From Deferribacterales bacterium (lineage in GTDB: Bacteria; Chrysiogenota; Deferribacteres; Deferribacterales; Geovibrionaceae): a stretch of DNA of 40,621 nt. Positions 26,933 through 35,449 of the stretch are shown here, piece by piece. The stretch is taken from NCBI GenBank assembly GCA_050253335.1, contig JBFWJG010000017.1, forward strand, positions 1-40,621, read 5' to 3'. A program made the translations under genes and the position numbers. Below the pieces are notes generated by a model. That model worked only from the letters and a program-made list of their open reading frames with translations, was not told the DNA's origin and did no database searches. The first letter of the stretch is position 1; each line of letters starts with the position of its first letter.

Positions 26933-27194
26933 TGCCTATTATATAAATGTCCTCATCCGGTGAGCGCATGTTAAGCTCCTTCCTGATAAGAAGCTCAAGA
27001 TATTCCTTGTCCTTTTTTATGGCCTCAAGTTCTTTCTGAAGGCTTCTGATTTTGGAGTCCATCTCCATAATCTGAGCTTCGTAGGTGTTTTTAAGCCCCA
27101 CGAGCTCCCTGTATTTGAGCACGCCGTTATGGCCGAAAAAGAGGTAAAGCACAAGTCCTGCAATAAGTGCAAAGTAAATTAAGCCTGCTTTCAT
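26892..27194 (-). CDS. ftsB: Septum formation initiator (FtsB/DivIC family)
   Basis: Short N-terminal TM, FGHNG, coiled coil, YLELLIRKELNM..PDE. Confidence 0.8.
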   Translation of the reverse strand: MKAGLIYFALIAGLVLYLFFGHNGVLKYRELVGLKNTYEAQIMEMDSKIRSLQKELEAIKKDKEYLELLIRKELNMRSPDEDIYIIGNEKIHSNGDNRSN

Positions 27195-28099
27195 GGTTTT
27201 TTCGCCTTCTGCTCCACAATTCTCGCCGCGGTCTGTCTCAGAGTAGCGGGAACTTCCTTTGATCTTGCAAGCAGTTCCACATCCTGACTCATGAGCCTGC
27301 CCACAAGCCCCATTGTTATGTCAAGGGGGGTTTTGGGATTTTTAGCCATTGCGCTGATGATAGTATAACTTTTCATCCATTCCTTGTTCAAGGCAACTTC
27401 ACGGAAAATATGCTCTGAAGTGCTCTTGTTTTTCACAAGGAATTCAACCTCATCCTCTGTCATTCTGGGATTGCGCATCACAGCAGATGAGATCTGCTTG
27501 TTCGGGCTGCGCACCAGGAGTCCGCGCGCCTGCTTATTCCCTTTGGAGGCAAGCTTTATCTTCTGGGAAGTACTCATTTTCTGAATCTGACCGTAGAGAT
27601 TTTCCTCAAGTTCTTTTTTCGCTTCAGGATCCGGCTGCCAGCCGGAAATATCCCTTACTCTCGCCGCTGTACGGTCGCTGAGAAAAGGGTTTTTCAGAAG
27701 CAGAACCGCCAGTGACGGTTCATCAACCAGAATATCCGCATCCGCCAGATTTTCCAGAATCTCTTCCTCCGCGGACTGGGCAAACGCAGTGAAGATATCC
27801 GCGCGCAGCCCCTTGTTCGCGGAGGCCGCCGCAAAAAACTCCGGCGAGTTTTTCATCATCCGGCAGAGAAAAACAAACAGCTCGCCGCCAAGAGAAGGCT
27901 CACTGCACAAAACCCCGTAGAGATCTGTCCTGTTTCTGAGCCATTCGTAAAGAGGCTTGGCCAGCGTTCTTCTCTTTTCCAGAACGCACTTAACCCACAG
28001 AGGTTCGTCCCCTGCGGGCACTCGGTTTTCCGCAAGAATCTGTGATGCAGTGCCGTCATCCGTTTCCATGTTCAGAAACGAAGAAGTGGAAAGCTCCAT
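27191..28099 (-). CDS. Conserved hypothetical helical-repeat protein
   Basis: Full ORF inside the operon with recurring NP motifs (LLKNP, VMRNP, MAKNPKTP) and QIQKMSTSQKIKLASKGNKQARGLL. ATGA overlap with ftsB. Confidence 0.75.
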   Translation of the reverse strand: MELSTSSFLNMETDDGTASQILAENRVPAGDEPLWVKCVLEKRRTLAKPLYEWLRNRTDLYGVLCSEPSLGGELFVFLCRMMKNSPEFFAAASANKGLRADIFTAFAQSAEEEILENLADADILVDEPSLAVLLLKNPFLSDRTAARVRDISGWQPDPEAKKELEENLYGQIQKMSTSQKIKLASKGNKQARGLLVRSPNKQISSAVMRNPRMTEDEVEFLVKNKSTSEHIFREVALNKEWMKSYTIISAMAKNPKTPLDITMGLVGRLMSQDVELLARSKEVPATLRQTAARIVEQKAKKP

Positions 28100-28120
28100 C
28101 CTGCCCTCTGCCGGAATATT

Positions 28121-28666
28121 TTATTCAGGTGAACCCGCCGATGCAGTCTCTGCGATCAGGTAGTTCCTCATTTTTTCAAAAAACTCCAGCGCCTGCGGGA
28201 AGGTGTAGTCCTGAAAAGTCCACGGCAGAGGCTGATAGGCGTTTTTTCTTCTCTGAAGCTGAAGGTCGGCATAAATCCTGCCGCCTATATATATTCTGTG
28301 GGTAAAATTCTTTGTGCTGGCGGCGACAACTTTCTCAAGCGCCACATAACCGGGATCAACGTTTATAAATCTTTTTCCGTCTTTCATAAGGCTGTTTTCA
28401 AGCTCCACAGCCCTAATCTTGAACTCCGTCAGTCTTTCCGGCGAATCTATCACTTCATATCCGGCGAAATATTTCGACTGAGGCCTGCCCATTTCGGGCG
28501 TGTAGTATTCCGTGTGGCTGAAATCAAACTCGGAAGACCTGAACAAAGGCTTCCCGAAGATGCCGGCGATGGCGGTATCAGGTTCAGGAAAATGCTCCCT
28601 GTTGTAAAGAACCGCATTGAAATAAACAACCTTTAAAGGTTCTCTGAAACCGCCGCCGAAAACCAT
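28121..28666 (-). CDS. DUF4416 family protein
   Basis: FDFSHTEYY.PEMG, R.INVDPGY, ASTKNF.HRIY, LPWTF.DY. TGATG overlap with hfq. Confidence 0.8.
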   Translation of the reverse strand: MVFGGGFREPLKVVYFNAVLYNREHFPEPDTAIAGIFGKPLFRSSEFDFSHTEYYTPEMGRPQSKYFAGYEVIDSPERLTEFKIRAVELENSLMKDGKRFINVDPGYVALEKVVAASTKNFTHRIYIGGRIYADLQLQRRKNAYQPLPWTFQDYTFPQALEFFEKMRNYLIAETASAGSPE

Positions 28667-28890
28667 CAGGCCATTTCTATTTCGTCGATTTCCTCGGAGG
28701 GTTCGATGGTGGACACTGCGTGTTTGTAGATCATTTTCTGCGAATCATCCTTGAGAATGATTACAAAATTGTCAAACCCTTTTATAAGTCCTTCTATCTT
28801 GACTCCGTTAACCAAATAAATAGTAACAGCGATGCGTCTTTTCCTGATATGGTTAAGAAAAACATCCTGAATATTGACTTTTTTGCTCAT
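28666..28890 (-). CDS. hfq: RNA chaperone Hfq
   Basis: [34 protein letters not shown]. Downstream of miaA. Confidence 0.97.
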   Translation of the reverse strand: MSKKVNIQDVFLNHIRKRRIAVTIYLVNGVKIEGLIKGFDNFVIILKDDSQKMIYKHAVSTIEPSEEIDEIEMA

Positions 28891-28950
28891 AATACCCCCG
28901 GAAACAACAATAACGTTAATTCACAAGTATAAGTCACGGTTAATTTTTTT

Positions 28951-29865
28951 TCAAGCCCAATAATCACGTATGAAAGCGGAAAGCAGGCTTGCGTTTTTTT
29001 CATCCCCTGCGAGGAGTTCCGTCAGTCCGGCCATATGCCTGAACCATGTGACCTGCCGCTTGGCGAAGTTGCGGGTCTTCTGCTGAACTGCTGCCAGAAC
29101 CGAAGGGAAATCAGCCTCTCCTTTCACCAGAGCCGCGGTTTCGCGGTAGCCTATGGCTTTGAAGGACTGCATATTCTCATTATACCCGCAGTCCAGCAGG
29201 TTTTTCACCTCATCCTTCCAGCCCGCTTCAAACATCTTCATAACGCGCCCGTTTATGCGGGCGTACATCCGCTCACGCTCATCCGCTATAAGAAAGACGG
29301 AATATTTATGTCTGGGGTTCACATGAAAAGCCTTCTGCGCCTCGCGAACATTCATTTTACAGAGTGCGTTTATCTCAAGCCCGCGGATTATCCTTGTTTT
29401 ATCGGACGGGGGGATGGAGGAGGCAAACTCAGGATCGAGAGCCCTGAGCCGCTCATGAAGAAGGGCAAAGCCGTGCTTTTCACCCTCCTCCTCCAGTGCG
29501 GCTCTGAAATTTTCATCCCGCCTAGGTGCGCTGAAAATCCCTTTTATCAGCGTTTCGGCGTAAAGGCCTGTTCCGCCTGCGATTATGGGAATTTTGCCCC
29601 GTGAGGCTATATCATCAATCAGCTTTTCCGCATTTTCGAAAAAGTCGCCTGCGGAGTATGTCTGATCAGGGTTAAGAATATCTATGAGATGGTGGGGAAC
29701 CGCCGCAAGCTCGTCCTTTGAGGGTTTGGCGGTGCCTATGTCCATGCCTCTGTAAACCTGATAAGCGTCAGCGCTTATTATCTCGGCGTTGTGACGGAGC
29801 GCAAGCTCTATGGCGAGAGCGGTTTTGCCAGTGCCTGTTGCCCCTGTGATTATGGGAATGATCAT
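28951..29865 (-). CDS. miaA: tRNA dimethylallyltransferase
   Basis: GATGTGKT, ISAD..QVYRGMDIGTAKP, PHHLID, GGTGLY, AIGY.E, FAKRQ.TW. Confidence 0.97.
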   Translation of the reverse strand: MIIPIITGATGTGKTALAIELALRHNAEIISADAYQVYRGMDIGTAKPSKDELAAVPHHLIDILNPDQTYSAGDFFENAEKLIDDIASRGKIPIIAGGTGLYAETLIKGIFSAPRRDENFRAALEEEGEKHGFALLHERLRALDPEFASSIPPSDKTRIIRGLEINALCKMNVREAQKAFHVNPRHKYSVFLIADERERMYARINGRVMKMFEAGWKDEVKNLLDCGYNENMQSFKAIGYRETAALVKGEADFPSVLAAVQQKTRNFAKRQVTWFRHMAGLTELLAGDEKNASLLSAFIRDYWA

Positions 29866-31601
29866 CTGTTGAACTTCCTGAACAGGGTTTCCTTGTCAAG
29901 GGAATAGGTTATAGGCCTTCCATGGGGGCATGTGTGCGGATTGGAGGTTTTCAGCAGGTCGGCCATTATTCTGTCCATTTCGGGGAATGTGAGCTTCTCC
30001 CCCGCCTTGACGGCGCACTTGCATGACATTGTGAGAATTCTGGAATCCTCCTGTCTGCCTTTTGAGCACTCTGCCATTTCGGAGAGCATCTCCCTTATTT
30101 CCTTTTCTATGTTGCGCTTGAGGATATCCGCCGGAACACGGACAATTTTCAGGCTGTCAGTACCGAAAACTTCGAGCCCGAAGCCGAAGGCGGCAAGATC
30201 CTCCGCATTTTCCTCAGCGGCTCTGAGTTCTTCGGCGTCCGCCTCCATAACCATAGGCTCAAACAGGACTATGGAAGGGATGTTCACGTTTTTTTCATTG
30301 AGAAACTTCTCATAAAGCACACGCTCATGCGCCACATGCTGATCAACGAAGAACACGCTGCCGTTCATCTCGCAGATTATCAGCGAGTCAAACGCCTGAC
30401 CGATTATGCGGTAAGGGCGTTCTTCATATACGGGCTTCTGAATCTGCGCATGTTCTCTGTATGTATTTGAATAACTTGGTTTTTCCTGAACTATCTCCAT
30501 AACGGAGGTTATATCGAAGGAGGGTTTTGCCTCTGCCACAAAATATTCCCTAGGCTCTGAGGCTTCCCCGCCGAACCAGTCGGGAATGACGTTTACGGCA
30601 GATTCTTCCTGTCCTGCGGGCGCATTTTTCCTGTTGTCCAGAGCTTCCCTGACGCAGTCATGCACCATGCCGAAAATATCCCGTGAGTTCAACATCTTAA
30701 CAACAGCCTTGGCGGGATGCACGTTCACATCCACATCTTCCGGGCGAACCTTTATCTCGATTGCGCAGGCGGGGTATCTGTTTTCGGGAATAAGCCTGTG
30801 ATAAGCCTGAACAGCTGCCTGAACAACCGCGGCATCCTTCACCACACGCCCGTTGACGGCGACTGTCATCGCGTCTCTTCTGTATCTCTGCACTGTGGGG
30901 AGGCTGACCGCCGCCCGCACGAAAACGCCGCTGTATTCCTTCTCCCCGTATGTGAGTTCGTCCACACCCAAAGCGGTTTTCGCCTTCTGGAGAAAGCTGT
31001 CGTTCCGCCCGCAGGAGAACACTTCCTTTGAACTGCTTTTGACACGGACGGACACGCCGTCGGCAAACACAGCGAACTGTTTCACAAACTTGATTATTTC
31101 CCGCTCAAGCCCCTGCGGGCTGCCGAAAAATTTCAGCCTTGCGGGAACATTGCGGAAAAGCTCCTTCACTGTCACGCATGTGCCCTGAACAGACGGAGCA
31201 GGACGCAAAGGTTCAATAACGCCGAACTTCACGCGGAGTTCGTTCCCCTCGCCTTCTCTGGCGCTCATTATGGAAAAATCGCTTACGGATGATATGGCGG
31301 CCAGGGCTTCACCCCTGAAACCGTAGGAATGTATGTTCCAGATGTCGTCTATGTCTCTGATTTTGCTGGTGGCGAACCTTTCAACGGCGGCGGGCAGATC
31401 CTCCCTGAGGATTCCCCGCCCGTTGTCGGTTATGCGGATGAGGGAGAGCCCCCCCTCTTCTATCTCAACGGAAATGCTGTCCGCGCCTGCGTCAACTGAG
31501 TTTTCCAGCAGTTCCTTCACGGCGTTCAGCGGCTTTTCCACCACCTCACCCGCCGCGACTTTATTCGAAACGCTTTCGGGAAGGCGGATGATCTCTTTCA
31601 T
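29862..31601 (-). CDS. mutL: DNA mismatch repair endonuclease MutL
   Basis: AAGEVVE.P, KELLENSVDAGA, DNG.G, GFRGEALA, DVNVHPAK, endonuclease motif DQHVAHER, SCK.AVK, CPHGRP. Confidence 0.97.
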   Translation of the reverse strand: MKEIIRLPESVSNKVAAGEVVEKPLNAVKELLENSVDAGADSISVEIEEGGLSLIRITDNGRGILREDLPAAVERFATSKIRDIDDIWNIHSYGFRGEALAAISSVSDFSIMSAREGEGNELRVKFGVIEPLRPAPSVQGTCVTVKELFRNVPARLKFFGSPQGLEREIIKFVKQFAVFADGVSVRVKSSSKEVFSCGRNDSFLQKAKTALGVDELTYGEKEYSGVFVRAAVSLPTVQRYRRDAMTVAVNGRVVKDAAVVQAAVQAYHRLIPENRYPACAIEIKVRPEDVDVNVHPAKAVVKMLNSRDIFGMVHDCVREALDNRKNAPAGQEESAVNVIPDWFGGEASEPREYFVAEAKPSFDITSVMEIVQEKPSYSNTYREHAQIQKPVYEERPYRIIGQAFDSLIICEMNGSVFFVDQHVAHERVLYEKFLNEKNVNIPSIVLFEPMVMEADAEELRAAEENAEDLAAFGFGLEVFGTDSLKIVRVPADILKRNIEKEIREMLSEMAECSKGRQEDSRILTMSCKCAVKAGEKLTFPEMDRIMADLLKTSNPHTCPHGRPITYSLDKETLFRKFNR

Positions 31602-31603
31602 CG

Positions 31604-32557
31604 TTACTCCGCGAAAACACCCATGTTGCGGAATTTTTCATATCTCTGCTCAAAAACCTGCTTGGGCGAGAGCGATTTAATCTCTTTAAGATGGCGGGCT
31701 ATAACCCCTTTGAGGGTATGAGCCGTCTGGTGGTGGTTCCTGTGGGCTCCGCCGAGGGGTTCGGTTACTATTTCGTCAATGACTTCAAGCTCTTTGAGAT
31801 CCTGAGCGGTGAGTTTCAGAGCCTCGGCCGCACGCCCTGCGTAGGAAGCGTCCTTCCAGAGGATGGATGCGCAGCCTTCGGGGCTTATGACTGAGTAAGT
31901 GGAATGTTCAAGCATGAGCACGCGGTTGCCCATTGCAATAGCCAGCGCACCGCCGGAACCGCCTTCACCGGTGATTACGGTAATCATGGGCACTGTAAGT
32001 TCCGCCATAACCATAAGGCTCTTGGCGATGGCCTCCGCCTGTCCCCTTTCTTCCGCCTCTATTCCGGGGTAAGCCCCGGGTGTGTCAACAAATGTTATTA
32101 TCGGTCTGCCGAATCTTTCGGCAAGGTCAAACATTCTCTGCGCCTTGCGGTAGCCTTCGGGGCTTGCCATGCCGAAGTTCCTGCGGATGTTCTCTTTTGT
32201 GTTGCGCCCCTTCTGATGGCCTATAACCATAACGGGCGCATCGTTAAAGTTCGCCATACCGCAGACCAAGGCCTGATCATCTCTGAACAGCCTGTCGCCG
32301 TGGAGCTCCAGAAAGTCGGTAAACATAAGCTTGATGAAGTCAAGGGTATAGGGGCGTTCGGGGTGGCGCGCCACCATAAGCTTCTGTGACGGCGTAAGCC
32401 TCTGGTATATATTCGCCTTCACTCTCTCAAGCCTTTTCTGGAGAGAGTCCATCTCCTTCTGCATCTCATTGTCGGAGAGGGAGGACATATTCTTTATTTC
32501 GGCTATCTTATTTTCTATCTCAATAATCGGGGCTTCAAAATCCAAGGGCGCTGCCAT
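31604..32557 (-). CDS. accA: Acetyl-CoA carboxylase carboxyltransferase alpha subunit
   Basis: LDFEAPI, ARHPERP, ELHGDR, RNFGM..PEGYRKA, DTPGAYPG, GEGGSGGA, YSVISPEGCA. Confidence 0.98.
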   Translation of the reverse strand: MAAPLDFEAPIIEIENKIAEIKNMSSLSDNEMQKEMDSLQKRLERVKANIYQRLTPSQKLMVARHPERPYTLDFIKLMFTDFLELHGDRLFRDDQALVCGMANFNDAPVMVIGHQKGRNTKENIRRNFGMASPEGYRKAQRMFDLAERFGRPIITFVDTPGAYPGIEAEERGQAEAIAKSLMVMAELTVPMITVITGEGGSGGALAIAMGNRVLMLEHSTYSVISPEGCASILWKDASYAGRAAEALKLTAQDLKELEVIDEIVTEPLGGAHRNHHQTAHTLKGVIARHLKEIKSLSPKQVFEQRYEKFRNMGVFAE

Positions 32558-32785
32558 TACTACACCTTCCTTAAAATATTGCGGACAGGGCGGTGTCCGC
32601 TCTCTGAAACTTTTGTATATTTCTTTTTTATGCTGAACCCTTATAACTGCATAACAGTTCAGCGTAAAAAAGACAATTTATATACAAATCAGTTTTACCT
32701 ATCAGCAGTATCGACTGTTTATATAAGCGTTAAACCTGACAACTGCAAGACAAATTTACCTGTGCACAGTCTGCTCTGCAAAGTG

Positions 32786-32820
32786 AAAATCCTGCGGGAA
32801 TGCTTCCCCGCAGGATTTTT
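32786..32820. terminator. Probable intrinsic terminator after the DsbA-like gene
   Basis: Perfect 13-bp inverted repeat AAAATCCTGCGGG / CCCGCAGGATTTT with T-runs at the end on both strands, about 17 nt past the stop at 32837. Confidence 0.75.
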
Positions 32821-32836
32821 ATATTCAAGGCCGTCT

Positions 32837-33685
32837 CTATTTGAATGTTTCGATGGCAAGGTCGAACATAGGGGGTTTGAACCCGCCGATGAGCTTGCCG
32901 TTGAAGTAAAGCGCAGGTGTTCCGCTGATTCCCATAGCCTGTGCAGCCTGCATCTGTCCTGCTACCTTATCTATAGTGGCAGTATCATTTACAAGGGCTT
33001 TGAAAGCGGCGGCGTCAGCAGTTTTGGCGGCAAAGAAATCTATGATTTCAGCATCTGTTTTCGCATCGAAATCAGGGGTTGTGCTGTAGAGATCGTCATA
33101 GAAGTTGGCGTTCTGAGCCATTCCCGCTTCAAACACTCTGGCATAGAGCTCCGCTTTCGGGTGAAAAGCGAGGGGAAAGTGCATGAAGTATATTGCGACA
33201 TCCTTTCCTGCGAGTTTTTCTTTCAGGTATTCATGGGTTCTTCTGCAGTAGGGGCACTGAAAATCGCTTACTTCCACAATGTAGTTTTTAGCGTCTTTAT
33301 TGCCGTATGCGAGAGTCAGCTTGCTGAGGTCAATGTTCGCGGGGGGGGTGTTTTTGAAAACAAGTTTGTCTTTAATTCCTGTGCCTGTAGCAACTTCAGT
33401 AATATCGGGAATGATGTATCTGCCATCGGTAAACACATACTGTTCCTGGCTTCTTTCGGCGTCCTTGAAGGTGAGTTTAACAAATTTGAGAGCCTCGACA
33501 CCTTCCACAGGTTCGATAACTTCAACTTCATAAGTTACATCGTTCATGTTTTTGGAGGAGAAAAACTTGCCGAGATTTTCCTTCATAACTGCGGAAACGT
33601 CCGCTTCGGGTTTTGCGGTTTCCTTCTGGGCGCCGCATGCTGCGAGAGAAACAAGCAGAAGAACGGCCAAAATAGACTTTTTCAT
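32837..33685 (-). CDS. DsbA/DsbC-like thioredoxin-fold lipoprotein
   Basis: Lipobox LAAC, SDFQCPYC, HFPL.FHP, GISGTP (cis-Pro loop). RBS AAGGAG. Confidence 0.9.
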   Translation of the reverse strand: MKKSILAVLLLVSLAACGAQKETAKPEADVSAVMKENLGKFFSSKNMNDVTYEVEVIEPVEGVEALKFVKLTFKDAERSQEQYVFTDGRYIIPDITEVATGTGIKDKLVFKNTPPANIDLSKLTLAYGNKDAKNYIVEVSDFQCPYCRRTHEYLKEKLAGKDVAIYFMHFPLAFHPKAELYARVFEAGMAQNANFYDDLYSTTPDFDAKTDAEIIDFFAAKTADAAAFKALVNDTATIDKVAGQMQAAQAMGISGTPALYFNGKLIGGFKPPMFDLAIETFK

Positions 33686-33775
33686 AAACTAAAGCTCCTT
33701 TTGATATAGATCAGTAAAACTGATCTTAAAGACAGCAAAAAGTACCACAGGTTCTGAAAAAAGTCTAATTAATAA

Positions 33776-34051
33776 CAAAAATCCCCCGTCCTGCGGGATT
33801 TTTGTACACGCTCGCGGTTTGCAAAGCAAACCTTCGCTACGCACGGCGCATTTCCATCCATGGAAATGTGACGGGACAAATAATGCAATGACCTCTTTAT
33901 CCTGCCCCCAATCCTGCGGGATTTTTGTACACGCTCGTGGTTTGCAAAGCAAACCTTCGCTACGCACGGCGCATTTCCATCCATGGAAATGTGACGGGAC
34001 AAATAATGCAATGACCTCTTTATCCTGCCCTCACGTCCTGCGGGATTTTTG
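33776..34051 (-). repeat. Tandem array (period 123-124 bp, about 2.1 copies) of the family-C three-hairpin element
   Basis: Units start at 33789, 33912 and 34036. The minus strand reads CATTTCC-ATGGAT-GGAAATG, CGCCGTGCGTAGCGAA, GGTTTGC-TTT-GCAAACC, GCGAGCGTGTA, CAAAAATCCCGC-AGGAC-GGGGGATTTTTG. Confidence 0.92.
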
Positions 34052-34061
34052 CCCGCCGCAG

Positions 34062-34130
34062 GTCACTCTGAGCAAAGCGAAGAGTCTCAGCCCAATCAAA
34101 CAAGAGATTCTTCACTGCGTTCAGAATGAC
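34062..34130 (+). repeat. Family-B palindromic element, copy 2
   Basis: GTCACTCTGAGC...GAAGAGTCTC...GAGATTCTTCACTGCGTTCAGAATGAC, same layout as 18215-18292. Confidence 0.85.
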
Positions 34131-34168
34131 TGAAGGGAGAGCCATTACCATAAAATATCCTACCCCGT

Positions 34169-35254
34169 TCACATTCCCTTTATTATTTCCTCAATCTCCC
34201 GTGCAGATTTCTCCCAGCCGAAACGCAGGATATTTTCATATCCTTTACTTATCAGTCCCGCACGCAGTTCCGCTGAACCGCGCACATTCATAACCTTCTC
34301 CGCTATATCCGCCGGATTCAGAGGGTCGCAGTAAACAACGCTCTCCGCGCACACCTCACGCAGGCTCGCCGCAGGGGATGAGACAACCGGACATCCGCTT
34401 GCCTGCGCTTCAAGGGGAGGAATGCCGAAACCTTCATAAAGGGAAGGGAAGACAAACACCGAAGCGGCGGCATACACGGAAGGAATGTCAGCATCATCTA
34501 TATAGCCGGTGAAAAACACACGGTTTTTCAGGCTTTTGGTTCCGTTCACCATCTCAGCCACTGCGGAATCACCTGTGATAAACCCGTCCTTTTTACCGGC
34601 AATAACCAGATTCACACCGTCCATGAGCTCCATAGCCCTCAGCAGCGTGATCAGATTCTTGTTCGGCTTCACATTCCCCACAAAAAGAATGTAATCGTCC
34701 GGCAGGGAGTATTTTTTTATAACATCAGGATTTTTAAGACCGCTGAACAGTTTTTCATCCACGGCGTTGTAAACAACCTTTATCTTTGCCGCATCCGCCG
34801 GACAGTATTTCAGAATCTCCCCTTTGGAGAACTCGGAAACAGTGAGCACCACGTCAGACAAAGAAACTGCGCGGCGCATGACAAACTTCGCATATGCCCT
34901 CTGCACTGCGGAGAATATTCCGCTTTCCGCCGCCAGATGGTATGCGTCATGCACCGTCACAAGCCTTTTTCCCGCCCGCACAGGCAGAAGAGGAACGTTG
35001 TAGTGCGGCGACCAGAAAACATCACATTCAGGCACTTTCCTGAAAAGCTCAGCCTGCTCACTGACGGAGTATATGGGGGACGAGGTACCTATGATTTTCA
35101 CTCTGTCAGCCCATGGAAAAGCTTTTATCTCCTCAGGATTCCCGAGAAGGGTTATATCAAATGAATCAATGAGAAAAGGCACAATATTTCTTATGTATGT
35201 CCCGATGCCCGATGCTCTGCACATGCGGAAATCAACAGAGAGAACTGTTTTCAT
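34169..35254 (-). CDS. Glycosyltransferase family 4 (MtfB/WbpY-like)
   Basis: SGIGTY, TVHD, TVSEFSK, FVGNVKPNKN, FVFPSLYEGFGIPPLEA. Confidence 0.92.
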   Translation of the reverse strand: MKTVLSVDFRMCRASGIGTYIRNIVPFLIDSFDITLLGNPEEIKAFPWADRVKIIGTSSPIYSVSEQAELFRKVPECDVFWSPHYNVPLLPVRAGKRLVTVHDAYHLAAESGIFSAVQRAYAKFVMRRAVSLSDVVLTVSEFSKGEILKYCPADAAKIKVVYNAVDEKLFSGLKNPDVIKKYSLPDDYILFVGNVKPNKNLITLLRAMELMDGVNLVIAGKKDGFITGDSAVAEMVNGTKSLKNRVFFTGYIDDADIPSVYAAASVFVFPSLYEGFGIPPLEAQASGCPVVSSPAASLREVCAESVVYCDPLNPADIAEKVMNVRGSAELRAGLISKGYENILRFGWEKSAREIEEIIKGM

Positions 35255-35449
35255 AAAACTTAAAAACTCCGGAGGCTTTTTAGGGGGATATTATTGCATA
35301 TTTCTTTCGTTCTTTACACCCGTTTGTGTTTTATCGTCCATAATAAAACAGCTGTCTGACAGCGTCAAAACACCATCCCTCTCTTGATTATTGCTCTTTT
35401 TAGTGATATGTATTTTTTCCCCTAATAAATTGTAAGGAGTGCTGTCGCG

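Noticed and set aside
32579..33709. 376-aa ORF on the + strand
   Set aside because: Antisense shadow of the DsbA-like gene, with no recognisable motifs or RBS.
33776..34051. CRISPR array (also considered for 40389-40621)
   Set aside because: The whole 115-124 bp unit is duplicated with no unique spacers, and there are no cas genes.
33689..34133. Short ORFs across the tandem repeat (also 22802-23202)
   Set aside because: They are translations of non-coding repeats in several frames, with no RBS or protein-like features.
35255..35449. T-box leader upstream of ileS (also checked upstream of argS)
   Set aside because: No T-box consensus (AGGGTGGNACCGCG) or terminator in the leader; only a short GCTGTC-T-GACAGC palindrome.
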